Below, in pieces: positions 13,201 through 28,200 of a stretch of 64,000 nucleotides of DNA. Each line of letters opens with the position of its first letter. Within the stretch, counting starts at the first letter, position 1. Under the pieces are notes generated by a model. It had not been told where the DNA came from, searched no databases, and saw only the letters and a list, made by a program, of their open reading frames with translations. Origin of the DNA: Bispira polyomma (lineage: Eukaryota); NCBI GenBank assembly GCA_965649765.1, contig OZ287751.1, positions 80,662,001 to 80,726,000 of the forward strand, written 5' to 3'. A program made the translations under genes and the position numbers.

Positions 13201-16200
13201 TCCTTTAAAATGCTTAAAATAAAAAAGCTACTCAAAGTAGCTAAGTAGCTATTACTCAGTCAGTTCTATAGCTATTATCACTAAAAGCAATCCCAAGCAA
13301 GCTATTGACCTAACTATTGGTCATACCAAATTCGGTAAAGATATGTCAAATATTTTTCCTTAAAATGTCCAGAAACCAAAGAAGTACATAAAAGTAAGTA
13401 AGTAGCTATTACTCAGTTAGCTATGGAGCTATCTTCACCAAAAGCACTCCCATGAAAGCTAATAACCCAATAAACACCCATACCAAATGTGGTAAACAAA
13501 GGATAAATACTTTTCCTTGAAATGACCGGAAACCAAGCGTGACGGACGGCGGACGTTGGACACTGGAAGCCGGAAATAGCAAAAATAATATGTCCACCCC
13601 CCAATGGGGTGGACATAACACTGGGGTGGACATAATTATTTAAGTTCAATCTAATTAATCTCCTACTTTTTTAGGTATGAATCTTTTTTCCAATAAGAGA
13701 ACTAAGATAAGCACCACAGCATACATACTAAAAGGCGGCAAAATTCATAATAAGAGGGGCCTAGCCCAAGTTTAGGTAGGATGTGTGAACCAGCAGTCTC
13801 TATGTAATGAATGAAAGGATTAACAATCTTAAAAAAAGATTATATGTGTTAATTATCTTAACAAAAGATTTTTGACTGGTAACAGCAGGCAAAAAAATAA
13901 TTTTAAACTGTCCAACAGACCCAACAGTGTGAGTGCTATAGCCCTGCCACTGTCAACAAAAGCAGATATATTATTTTGAATCTTCAACAGGGTGGTCTCA
14001 GTTGAATGAAAGTGTGCCGTCTTATTTATAATTATGTAAAAGTCTTATTATGATACAATGATGTCCCAATAAAAGGAGAGGAACATTTTGCAAGGGATAG
14101 ACTAGACTATTACTAAAACCCCTAATTTTAAGATACAATGTGCATGTGATATGATTTAGCACAAATAATCATATTAATATTTCAATTACCTGACAGAATT
14201 GTATCAGTTGGTTGTTCAGTTCTATCATGATGTCGTAATGCTGCTCTGCAAACCGATAGGCTGTGTCAAACGTGTTAGAACAATCTTGCTGAACACCTTC
14301 TACATATCCTGTGTAACGATCTAACATGGCCGATTTAGTGTTCAAGGAAGCACCCACTGCTATGAACCTCCTCATATTTGCTGCATATTCCACCATTGCC
14401 CTGTATGTACATACAATAGAATCCAACTTTATCTAATATTCAATCATTTGTGCATTGAATTTTATGAATTTCTGTTATTCAAGCATACCATTTAATCTAA
14501 AATATTCGTTTTTAGACAAGCAAAATTTTCTCTAGGAGAACTCAAGGCACCATAACATCCTATTAATAGGCAACATTCATAATATATGAAGATCACAGTC
14601 AAGGTTGTCAACAGAAACATTCGCATTTATTGAAAGGGAAAGTAGTTGCTTGTGTGAAAAAAATGAGACTTCTTATGTTTTCTAAATGAGTTTTTGTTGC
14701 CCTGATGTGGAGTGGGTGATTATGTCACAGATAAGGAGACATATAATAAATAAATTTGTCAAAATTGCTACTCTATGGAAACTGTACTTTTCATATTTTG
14801 AAACCTGAGAAAAAATTGTAACCAGGGTTACTCATACAGGACACTCACTCTTTAAGGTTGTACTTAAATTGTTTTACTAGTTTTACACATACTTTATATT
14901 TTTTAACCACTATACCAAATACTTTGGATAAATATAAGGCTCAACATAGTTAAGCCGCATATAAATGGCTATGAGAACTATTTCTATATAAGCAAGATTT
15001 AAAACGCACACTATCCAATTCAACCTTATTAGAAAAGACTAGATGGTATCACAAAAATCAGTCTTTCTTGAAAAAAAAATACTCTCCAAGTAACTTAAAT
15101 TCAAAACTAAGGTATCCCTATACCTGGCGAGAGGAAAGATACATAAAATCTGACTACAAATTTAAATTCAGCATTGAAAGCTCTATTCCAATAAATGTTC
15201 ACAGGTATAGGTTATTTCTATATGCAAAAGTAACCTTCACATGAGTCTGAGTTTGAACTTCTTTTGATATTACAGGGCCAGATGTACAATCGGTGACCGT
15301 ATTCTGATAAAACTATTCAAGCTCAAGTCAGATTCCTTATTAAATGACTGGTATTTTGGTATTTCTTGCTGACTTTCAAAATACTCTATCAAAAAAAAAG
15401 AGTCAAAAAGGCCTCTGACTTAATCCTACACTTGATTTGAGTTGGAGCCTGAGCATATGTTTGAGTTGACAGTCTTTAGACAATACAGCAAGTGTGTCTA
15501 TACCTGTTTGTGGCATCTTCCCAGTTAGCTAAATCATAGCAGGCAAACATATACTCCAGTGCTCCTGGGATATCACTGAAATCAGGATGTGTCAAGATTT
15601 CGCTAATCTAGAAAAACAGGAAAATGATGCTATTGTATTGTATTATTTTGTATTGAAATTTATACTCAACACATATCAATTTACCTTTATCCAGTAATCA
15701 AAGTGATAATTAACATTTTGTTGACCACGCAAGCACCACCAACCAGCACCAGTCTCTGTCATTTATCGTTGTCCCCAATCTTAACTCTGCCACTAGAAAA
15801 AAGACCAGTGACAGAAGACCGCTATTTTTAGTAGTCATCTAAGCCACAATGTATTATAATACCAGTGTATGTGCACATTAATAACTTCTGGGTTTTCCCC
15901 CTTGGCTCAACTGTTAAGCATCCACCTCGTGAGCGGCAGGTCCATGGATTGAAACCTGCCAGGGTTCTGACTTTATTTCAATCTTTACAGTATCTGCTTG
16001 TACATGGTCGCCCCAGGCTAGAATAAAATCCAGGTGCTCTGCATTTCTACATGAATGTGTGGCCCAGTAGGATATTTTCTCCAGTGTGCTTACCCACTAG
16101 GCTACAGTGGCAGGTAACACAAACATTTATTTTTATTTTTGACGGAGGTGGTCTTTGTAAAACATTTGGGGGATATAATAGGATAAAGTATATGCAGTAA

Positions 16201-19200
16201 ACATCATTATTTGGCTTTGTTAAACTGTCCATACTTAATGTACATATGCATAACAACGAATTGATGAAGAAATATAAATTTTTTTCCTTCAAATTGTGGT
16301 ATCGTATTGACTTATCTGTCGTATTGATCATTAAGCTGGGAAATCCCACTCTTATCTAATTTGTTACTTGACTAAGAAGCATCCTATGAGTGGAGAGATG
16401 TTTCAATATATAATACTAGGGGCCCAGGGTTCTTGAGTGTTTGTGAGAGGTGAAATCCTGAATTAAAGTAGAACTCCCGAAGGTGTGGAAATCACTGATT
16501 CATTGCTTTGTATTGTATTAGTAGAACTTGTTTTCACTTTACCCCAAATCTGGATCTACTGAGCTACACCCTCTAGTCCTCTAGGGTGGGGATGAATCAA
16601 AATGTAAGTAAAACTTGTTCATTGTTTCCATAACATCACATGTGTTGGAATTAATAAATATGACCCTTGTTGCCTTTAAAGTACAATCTTTATCTTTTTA
16701 AGATTTCAAAAACAACAATCAACCACCTCCCCAGTAGGCACTCGATATCTTTTTGATATCAAATTTTAGTCTAAAAATGGACATACCGTCATTTCGACGT
16801 CATTTTGACATCACAATGTATTGATTATATATTTAGACATCATTAAGACATTATTATAATGTACACTATCTGAAATATATTTAGATGTCATTATGATGTC
16901 ATTATGATGTACACTATCTGACATATATTTAGATGTCATTATTATGTTATGATATTCCTCATATAAATTCATGTAGAAGAGAATTGTGGGAATGGTCATT
17001 TTTGTAATGGCCCAGCAGGTACACAGCAAATATGATTATGTGGGTCTTAAATGGGCAGCATATATATATTTACAGAATATAAGCTGTTTGTGAGGGCAAA
17101 ACTGGGAAATATGCACCGAGGTCGGGACAATATGGCTTGAGGGCAGCAAATTCAATATAATGTATCTACATTTGTTTAATTGTGTGTTAAACTATAAATT
17201 TTTAATATCCCTTGTATGAAAACACAAATAACCGCCAATGGTGCTTGCTAAACTTAACTGATATGGCTCGCTGCAGTGATATGGCCCCCGACTCTCGGGC
17301 CATATCAGGAAATATGATATGTCATGTGATCGCATTTTAACCAATAGGATTGCTAGATTCGCCGCCGAGGTATAATAAATATATAAATATAAATATATAT
17401 ATGGGTCCCACAAATATGGAATGCATGAACATAAATTTAAAAAAATTATCTAAAGCACAAAACAGCTTAATTATTCAGACATTGACAACCATAAGTTATA
17501 CTACATTATATTAGTTATATATCAGACATATTTCTTGCACATTTTGTCCACCTAAAATGTATGCACCACTTTGGTAAGGCTAAAGGTGGAAGGGCAAAGC
17601 CAGTTGCTAAAATATACTGCTTGTACCTATTCCACCCCCCCCCTCCCCCTTCCTCTTAACATCCTCCCCTGCCCCTGATTTCTGTCACATACTCCTCATT
17701 TATTGGTTGGATTTGAAAGTTCGAATGATGTCATATATCTGACGTCTAAATAACATCATATTTCTAATGTCATTTAGACGACATCATATAGACATCCTTT
17801 TGCCCGCTGGGTCTATTATGAGATCTAGAAATCTATTTCGTGGTAAACGACTATCATTTTATCCATTCCACCCCCAAAAAACAAGCTGGAAGCACAGTTT
17901 CATGGCTGGCACTGCAATGAATTAGAACAAGTTGGCAGTCGATGTCAGATCCCAGTCTGATTTCATGAAATTCCGGAAATAAACTAAAAACCAATCTCTT
18001 TAGACCGGCTTATCATCTTCCATATACTCTTCCCCAACCAGACGCTTCTTCAAGTGATTACGCAACTTTCCATTCATTGGGCGACTCAGCAACTTTGAGG
18101 AGTCGTATCTTTAAATGCTTCTATAATAATAATTGATTTTATAATTTTATCTTGTATTAAGAAACTCTTACATGCTGTTTGAAGTTGGTCCACAGTTTGA
18201 TGGTATCATTCAGACCGGCTACATGCTCCACAATGCCTATGTATCTCTCATAGTCTTCAGCTAAAAAAGGTATAAACAGTGATAAATACTAAATGTATTA
18301 TAATGCAAATAAAGCAATTTAATACATAAACATAGAGCTAAGGACAAAGCCTGAGGTATTGTTACATGCAATGTCATTAAAGATGCCATATGTTTAAGAG
18401 AAGAAAATTATGCTGATTTCATAAGTATTGAACCGATGTATATCATCAATAGTTTGAGTACGAAATGATGTACACCAAATTCATATGGTATATTTTTTAA
18501 AAATTTATATCAATGAAATTCTAAGCCAGTATTTATTCTTACACACTAAGAATACTACAATCATTCGACTTTTGATTAGAAAGAAGAAAAATTATACGCA
18601 TAAAACATACTAGCTATAATGGAATCAGTCATAGAATTGTACAAATTTATCTGTTCAACGGCTTTTGTCAACGTTTCCACAGTCACATCAAAGAAATCAA
18701 TAGTCACGGAACCACCAGAGGCATCAATGATTAATCCTTGTACCATCTGAAATCAGAAAGCTTCTATTTGATCTATTTCTTCCATAATTGTACAATAAGT
18801 AGTAGGGTGCTTTGCTATGAATAGTTAGATATAACTGTGGCTAAATAAAGGAAAGGAAAATAAAAACAATTATGTGCAAATTGTGTAAATTTTATTGTAA
18901 TTTATCTTTTGGTAAGATAAAGACTTATCTTATCCTAACAGTGTGCTTAATTCTATTTTTGAATTAACCGCTCGAACATTGAATAAAAGCCTTTTAAAAT
19001 GACTTTTCTTGTCGTAAAAACCCCAACCGACAATGTGTACTGCGCATGCGCGAAGGTAGCTTCCTTCCGTTTTAGCGGGAAATCCTCATTCTAATTTTGA
19101 ATTCGGCACAAATATGGTGGGGTAGGTTGGGTGGGTATCCGACCTGTGAGGATAAGGTATGTATTTATCTTACCAAAAGATAAATTACAATAAAATTTAC

Positions 19201-22200
19201 ACATTTTATTGCGATAAATACACCTTACCTTATCCTCACAGTGTGCTGATTCCAACCTTAAAGGAGGAGGGATATTTATACTTAAACAGAGCCCCACTTC
19301 AAAATTTCTAATTTTTGCAGCACATTGCTGAGGACAACATGAGGAACATAGTATATATGTATCAATCGATAAATCCTATTCCAAAACTGATAGCTGACGA
19401 GGCTGCCATAGCCCAAACATCATGAGCCTTAACCTGACATAGATTCTGAATCTTAACATAAGCATGTTCATAAGCAAGAATAACAGTTTGTTTCAACCAG
19501 GATGAAATTGTTGAATGTTGAATGTCTTTGTCAAAACTAGGTCTGTGAGATATGAAAAGTAACTTTTTTCCTTTCCTTTCTGTTTAAGGTATAATCTCAA
19601 AGCCCTGACTGGACATAAAGTGATGTCCTCAGTCAAGGAGTCATCCAAAAATGGCCTCAAAGCAGGAATAACCACTGGCCTAACAGAATCTGGACCTTGA
19701 GATGCTAGCTGATTCTTAGCCAAGAACACTGGTGAGGGAGATATAGTAACCTCAGCCAAATGTGGTTTATGTTTTAGGGAAGAGAAAGTCCATGCATGTA
19801 TCTCCCCTCTTCTCTTCCCTGAAGCCAGAGCCAATAAAAATAAAGTTTTGAAGGTGATTAATTTCAAGGAGGCCTCCTTCATGGGTATAAATGGAGGCTT
19901 TGTCAGAGCCAGTAATACTATAGACAAATCTCAAGTTGGAATACCCCTGTCTTTAACTGGCTTGTCCCTGTAAAAATGGCTATAAGTCTATTAAGCTCAA
20001 GACTCTTTGAGATTTCTATCCCTCTTGAGCCCATATCATCTGCAATTGCTGTGCGATAGCCAGATATAGTAGCAGGTTTAAGATTTCGCTGTTGGAAAAG
20101 AAACAGTAAGAAATCAGCTATTTGGGCTATAGAAGCTGTGGAGGTGAACATTTCTGGGTGTAAGAACCATTCGGTCTGAATCACCTTGTCTTTCCGAGAT
20201 AAACTGTCTGCTATTACATTGAGAGACCCTTGTACATGTCGGGCTCGAACCCTGATCTTCCTGGGGTTGCAGTAAGCAAGTATCCGCCACACTAGGAGAC
20301 ACATCTCCAGAGAGTGAGTGCCCCTTGTTTGTTCAGGTATGCTACTACTGTTACATTGTCTGTTGTTACCAGAACACGTTTCCCTTGAACCAGATTGGCA
20401 AATGCCTTGAGTGCAAGTAGTACTGCCTTCAAATCGAGAACATTTATGTGTAAACCTGTGTCTAGACTTGACCCCATATGCCTTTGGCTGTAGTCTCGCC
20501 TAAATGTGCCCCCCAACCTGTGTTTGATGCGTCTGTAAATAAGAGAAGATTGTGCTCTTTTGGATGCAAATCTTCTCCTATCATGACATTTAATGGGTCT
20601 TCCCACCATTGAAGATGGTCTGTCACTGGTATCTGAATATCTAATGACTGGGGAAACGTCCCCTGAGATTTCAGGTACCACTGGAAAGGTCTCATATGAA
20701 GCCTTCCGAATAGTACCATCTTCTCCATACTGGCCATCAACTCTATCAAAGACATTATCTTTCTGGGGGTCACAAATCAAGCCTTTTTCACTGCAAGAAT
20801 TGATTTTTACAAGTTCGACCACTTCTTCTGAGTTAAAAATACTGGGCCTAAATTCAGGTCAAAGCGGTAATCGAGAAAATCTATCGTCTGGGTTGGCTGT
20901 AACTCGGATTGCTGGAAATTGATCATCTAACTTAGCTGAATTATGGACACCATTTGTACAATCTGAGCTCGCCCTTGTTCTATCGAAGGAGAATTAACCA
21001 GTTGTTAATGTACTGATGAATTCTTACTCCCCTGGCTTGTAGAATTAACTGTGTTTCTTTGACGATTTGAGTAAATTCCAATGGGGCTATCGCTATGCCA
21101 AACAGAAGCGCTTTGAACTGTTAGGTTTTCTGTCCCACATTGAACCTTAGCAATTGATGAGAGTCTGGATGTATAGGGACATGGAAGTAAGCATCTGAGA
21201 GATCCATTGAAGCTACCCATTCCCCTTTCTTCAACGAGTTTCGAATCACTTCCGCCGTTTCCATTTTAAAGGTTGGGACATTTAGATGCTGGTTCAAAAT
21301 ACTGAGATCTATCACTGGACGCCATATTTTCGGTACCAGAAACAATCTGCAGTAAAACTCCAGAGTTTTGAAATTTCTTGCCCTTTCCATTACCCCTTTT
21401 TCTAACATCTGATTGATACAATTTTGAAGGAAACTTTCTTTCTTGCCATTTGTGTACCCACTCAAAATGGTAGCATACCTTGCCAACAGAAGATTCAAGT
21501 TGACTATTCAATAGCCCCATCTCAGAGTCTTCACAACTCGCGGGTGAGCCCCCAAATTCTGCCATACCTGCCAGTAGTGTTTCAAGCGGCCTCCATGAAG
21601 TGGACCTCCATCTTTGTTGGTATTTACATCGAATCCCTCCACATTCACCACGTGCAGAACTCAAACTTTCCTGATATCCTGTGCTTTTCTTGGTAGCTGT
21701 GTCTCTACTCCAATTACCTTGTGGTCTAAAGAAAAAACTCTTTGACTGGTAGGTCGACTGTTGTTTGTAAGAAGTTTCTGTGAATCCTTTCCCCAGCTTT
21801 TATAACGGGGGCATTTTGGTGAGGACTTCGCCTTCATCTTGGAGACCCTTTTTCTCAACTTCGTTCACAGTGGTCCTTCTTGACCTATTTGAGTGATGTA
21901 CCTCCAAATGTGGGCAGCAGTTCTTCAATATGGAATCTCTCCTGGCTAACTGCAAATTACACGCCATGGCAATTGATGCGTCAACACTGGACTCCAATGC
22001 TTTGTCCACAGAGCCTAATACCGTCCCAGCCACCTGTACTCCAGCACCCACCTTCTCAACCAAGCTTTCATTCTGGTCACCCTTTAAATGTTCTGCCAAG
22101 ATTAACAAATTTGAATCAGCTTCCAGCAAGGACTTGTCTATGGCTCTCACAAAATGTGACACAAACGACAATACCTAAACATTTTCTCTTAAGACAGTTT

Positions 22201-25200
22201 CTAGCATAACAGCCTGCTTCACAGGAACAGCTACAAAACTTGGCATAGACACACCTTTATCCATCAGAACCTTGAAAGCATCCTGGATCTTTAGAGCTGA
22301 GATAGAAAATGAAGGACAAGAAGGTCTGTATAACCTCATTTTTGCTCTTGAATAATGGATGAATTCACCTTTGTTTAGAGGAGATGCATCCAAAATTTCC
22401 ACATTACTAGGATCAGGCTTTCTAGACGTCATATCTATATAATACTTCCACCTTGCCAGCACTTCTTCCATCGGGGGTAAAGACATAGGTAGAGGGGGGT
22501 TCTTCTGACATCCCTTGAAGCAAAAATTCTTGCTGGTTGAGTCGTCTTCTCAGGGAGAGTCTCCAGCGCCAACAGAGATCTGACTGAGGCCAACACAGTT
22601 CGATAGGAAGGGTCATCTTCTCTGTCCACTGCCTCACCTTCATCTTCTCTGTCATGCTCCATAACGGACAGGGAGCTCTTCCTTCTTCTAGCTCTCACAT
22701 CACATTAGTTGTCCTCCAACTCGCCTTCCTCCATCCAAAAATGTGTGTTAGGTATAACTGCGGCCTTGCCCCCACCCTCCATAACAATCAGATGTTGATT
22801 AATCTTGTTTAACTCCTGTAGGACTAAGGTCATAGGGTCAACAGTTGAAGGTTGGGTAGAACTGGTCAGCAACAACCATAAAGAACCACTCTCGTCTAGG
22901 AGGTGGCCTTCCAGGGCTAATTCTTCAGCTTTCTTCCTAATCTTCACCTCAGAAGCATCCAACCTCTTCTTCTGGTCTGAAGTTAGTTGAATACCGGTGT
23001 AGCAGTCTTCTTCACAAGTCTGAACACAAAGGTGTTCTCCAATACCTTTTAACCGACATTGTAAGCAGTACAAATGGTGGTCAAATTTGTGGACTTCATG
23101 GGAACACTTAGGAGCAATCCTCTGAGTAGTAACCAACATAACTAAAAAAAAACGTATTAAACTTTACAAAGTTCACTAGCCGTTTACAAAGTTCACTAGC
23201 CGTTAGAAGAAAAAGAATGCATCCGAGAAGTCTCGCTAACAAAATTAGAATGAGGATTTCGAGATAAAACGGAAGGAAGCTACCTTCGCACATGCGCAGT
23301 ACTCATTGTTGGTTGGGGTTTTACGACAAGAAAAGTATTTTTAAAAAGGCTTTTATTCAATGTTCGAGCGGTCAATTCAAAAATAGATTTCAGCATACTG
23401 TGAGGATGAGGTAAGGTGTATTTATCGCAATAAAAATATTATATAAATGCATATATTGGCTAGTTTGTAATTAGTGTGAACCTTCATGTCTGCTGTCTAA
23501 AAACGTTGTTGCTTAAAAGTATACATACATCACAACTGGGTCAAATGTCAATAAATTTTAAATAAAAGACAAAATCACAATAAGACAATTTATAGTATAT
23601 TTGGTATGTCGAAGTAAATGTAAATGAAACTAAAATAACTAAAATTTTTTCTGCAATTTTACATTTTTTTTAATATTGCCCAATTTTTCTCCAGGGAAAT
23701 AATGCAACTTTAGGATACCACAACATGTATTCAAAAATACATTGGCCATCTAAGAAGGATATGACAAATAATATAGGAAAGTTGTGAGGCTTGGACTTTA
23801 TTTTAACCCATATAAAACATACAAACAGTACCTCTGCGCCTGCAGGATATTGTCCAAAAGTCATTCTGGATGTTGTCTGTACAAGTCCAAGCATTGCTTG
23901 CCTGACTATCTGGTTCGCAACACTCTCTATACCTTGTTCAAAGACTTGTGAAGCTACTAGGAAGTTATCAATGGACGATTGCAATTCACTTAGAATTCTG
24001 AAGAATAAATCAGTAAAATGAAAGAAATAATTAAAATATTAAAGTAAACAAGCAGGGTTAGGGTAACTTACATTTGTCAATTACAACTATAGTTACCCGA
24101 GTTCAATACAATGTTAATTACAATGCACTTCAAATCAATTACTATGACACAGCTTCAAATGCAATTCCAATTCCTTCCATTCATTTAGTTATTTTTTACA
24201 GTGACATGTAAATATTTATAGACATACAAATACATAATAATTGTAAAAATTTTATTGTAATTTATCGTTTTGGAAAATAAATATCTACCTTATCCTCACT
24301 AATGCCTTTAAATTAGTACACCTGAAAATTTGACCAAAAAATCACATAAGTCTTTTTTACAAAGACTATTCTTGTGATTTTATTTGAATCTCCTCACTAA
24401 TGCCTCTGCGCATGTGCTGGAAGTCCTGTCTACTTATCGTCCTTGAATACCCTTCACAATTAATTTGGGAGATGTTTGCACAAATAAAAGTAGGGCTGGA
24501 CTGGGCGGGATCCAGTTTAGTGAGGATAAGGTAAGTGTTTATCTTCCAAAACGATACATTACAATAAAATTTTTACATTTTGCGTTCTATACCGATATGA
24601 CTATACAATATATGTATGTCAATAGGCCAAGAAGATAATGTCATCTGGGTATTATGCTAAATCGTCATCAAAATGACATGACATCCCATAGCTGATCCCT
24701 TCATAAGTTGCCACTCAATGAAAGCTTGCAAGAGAAACAGACAAGTCATCAGCACATGCAAAAATGTATGTAGACGGTATAAAGACAATTACTTCACTGG
24801 ACAATTTCTTATAAAACCAGGAAGTATACAACCAAACTGACTACTTTACTTTGTGATAAGTGATGGTGTCCTGCCAAGATCAATAAGGTCACTTCACTGA
24901 ACAGTTCTTTATGTCCAAAAAAGTATTCAACCAAACAGATAGTGAAAGACGAATTGTAGTAAAACAAAGCCAAAAACTACTTCACTGATAAATGTCCTGG
25001 CACCAGTGAGTAGTCAATCAGCAACGCCCTTAAGTACAAGATAAGTGACGCTGAACCTTAAGGTAACCGAAAAATACTTCACTGAACAATTTCTTAAGAA
25101 CCAGTAAGTATTCAACTAACAGCCTACTCAACATCATATAAGTAGACCTGCCCTTTAAATATAAAAAGAATAACTTCGCTAGACAGTTTTATAGACCAGT

Positions 25201-28200
25201 AATAATTCAACCATCAAACCACTTCACTTCATGTAAATGGTGCTGTATTTCAGGGATAAAGAAAATTACTTCAACTGAACAGTTACTGTCAAAACAGTAA
25301 GCATTTAACCAAAAGCCTACTCAAAACCATGTAAGTAGTGCTGCCTCTTTAAGATAAAGAGAATTACTACACTGGACAGTTTTGTAAACCAAAAAGAATT
25401 TGACCAACAGCCCACTTCACTCCATGTAAATGGTGCTGTTTTTCAAGGATAAAGAAAGGCACTTCACTGAACAGTTACTTATGTGCCAGTAAGTATACAC
25501 CATCAGCTCAATTCACGCCATGTAAATGGTGCTGTTTTTCAAGGATAAGGAAAAGTACTTCACTAAACAGTTAACTATGTGCTAGTAAATTTTCAATCAG
25601 CAGCCCATTTCACTTATGTAAGTGGTGCTGTATTTCAAGGATAAAGAAATATACCACACTGAACAGTTACTTATGTGTCAGTAAGTATTAAACTAGCAGC
25701 CTACTTCACTCCATGTAAATAGTGCTGTGTTTCAAAGATAAAGTGGCTTAAGTAGGAATTTTCTATGAACCAGCAAGTATTCATCCAACCGCCTACTCAA
25801 AGAGATGGTAATTAGAGCATGTCTCAATACAAGTACTAAAAGTACTAAACATGAAAAAACCTGATCGAGAAACAATCTCACACCCACTTAATGGGCAAGG
25901 TACTGAACTGTAAGCATGCCATCATGAAAAGAAATAGTCATCCAGATGGCATAATATCCCCAACTAAAAACTCTTCACCTCTGTACCTCACTGGAAGAGG
26001 ACAGACAAATGAGAGAAACAAACAGCTCATCAGCATATGACTGTATGTTTGAAGATAAAATAGTCCCTGTGAACTCTGTCAGATCTATCTTAAAAATATG
26101 TTCCAGGTCTGGCAGGACACCAAAAAATAACTCTAGCAAATGAAGCATCCAGAGCAAATTTAACGGCTGGAATGATTTATAGTGGAATATGGAATCTTAG
26201 AAGCCAACTAATTCAGTTCATTACTTTCAGACATGTCCAAAGCAGTCGTTACCAACCTATCTGCAATTGCAATGAGGTACTCAGCAATGGTCATAAATTC
26301 CTCGTCTGACCATCTTATGACTAGGATCATCATAAATGACAAATTAACCTGAACAAGTCTTGTACAAAATCCTGGTAGATTGCAACTAGGATAAAAGCAT
26401 TACCATCCAGAATTGTTTTATGCCTCTATATTAAGATCATAGACTTGTATGATCATCAACATTCAATTTAAATCAAAATGCATCTCCTCGAGATATTGTG
26501 AAATCGTTTGCTTTATTCCAAACAATTGGTTCATTTTGGATTCCAACATGTAAACTTTCCAAAATACTACATTCCTTGAACTAAACATGACCCCTTTTTA
26601 AGGACATGAAAAACTTTAGTTGTGATCTGAACTACAGTCTACTATATATACTGTAGAGTCACAAAAAATCATGCTTCAAAAGGAAATGACAGTCTAGAAT
26701 TTAATTCAGTATGTCACATCAATTTCTGACCTAAATAAGCAAACTTAAGTCCATGGACATAAAAAAAATATGATCCAATTTGTAGGAGACTTCACATTCG
26801 GACGAATCACAAAAATAAATACATGAAAATTGGCGCCATGCACCACCTATGTAGCCTGTAGATTACAATCTTCTGAGTAATTCAGTACTTGTATCTTGTA
26901 AAAAAAAACACTCTGAATATGAATTGACAAGTCTACATGCCAGTTAACAGTCACTACTTCTTAAGCATTACTGAAATGGCCAAAGGCAATACGTAACAGT
27001 CTTTAGTAGTTTTCTCTGCTGGGAAGACTGCGAGAAGGCAGAATACCGTATGCAAGCTGTTCTTCTGTCAAAAACATGGCCTTTTCAGCAATTTTACAAA
27101 CTTATCTGGGGTTTGAAACTGTGAAAAGACAAGATGATCTACGGCTTTCAAAACTGCATTTCTTGAAGATTAAGCAATTCAAGGATCTGTGCCTGAGATA
27201 AAAAATCTCTGTGAAACTTCATTCAATTCCATGGCAAAAACTTGAAACTTTTGCAAATTGCTGGTTATTGTATCCCCTGGCACCATATACTTCCAATCTC
27301 TGTAGAAAAATCTGGAACGAGTCAGATGAAGGTAAACTGTAGTCAGAAGAATCAACCTCAAAGTCTGAACTTCTGCTTTCTCTGGAAACATCCTCTCTGT
27401 ACACCTCCAAGGAAAATCCAACTGACTGTTAACCTAGTCAGAGAAACCCCTATACCAATCCTGTGTGCTGACGATTCACCCTCTTGTGCTTAGGTCTCCT
27501 TCCATCCTTGTAGCAGAGCTGGTAACAAAGCTGACAGGGAAGTAACTCAGAGATTAATCAGCTGTTGGACATACTAAGAGCTTCCAGCATTCACAACGAA
27601 CAATAAGCAAATAATAAATCAGTCATCTTCAGGTAGCTCTGGGATCATCATCTGTAGGACATACTAAGAGCTTCTAGCGTTCATGATGAACCAGAAGCAA
27701 ATAATATATCACCCAAACGCTGTAGAGGCTTTTATCAAGCACACAGCTCTGAGTTTGTTGAGACATCACTGTTGAGACATCACTGTTAGGGCATCACAGT
27801 TGGGACATCACTATTGTGACATCACTTGAACTTAAGCAAAAATCTGTATACACAGGACCCATGTATACTGTCCTATGACATCTCAGTTACATCAGATTTA
27901 TTGCCTCCAAAAAACTTCAGTATAATCACTCTGCACAGTAGTAGTAGCACCCGACACATTTCCCAACTCAACTTTAGAAAGTCGAACTGAAATAGTGGTG
28001 ACCTAATCTTGGCATCACTCTGTTTGGACACTGCTACATACTTACTAACGTTGTGGAGTCTTTTAACAAGCACAAAGACCCCGAGTTTCCAAGATGACCC
28101 TCTGTGCTGTTCCGAGAATCGTCAAAAACAGCAATGGATGCAAAAGATCGCTGACAAAATGGAAGATGTGGTAAACCCTCAAAAACGCTGCCTATGTTGA

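Noticed and set aside
20593-22209. Plus-strand ORFs overlapping the DIRS element
   Set aside because: Antisense shadows of the DIRS coding regions with no recognisable motifs.
24791-25800. Regularly spaced repeats resembling a CRISPR array
   Set aside because: The whole unit of about 95 nt is homologous between copies (no unique spacers), the repeats are degenerate, there are no cas genes, and the context is a eukaryotic intron inside a DIRS element.
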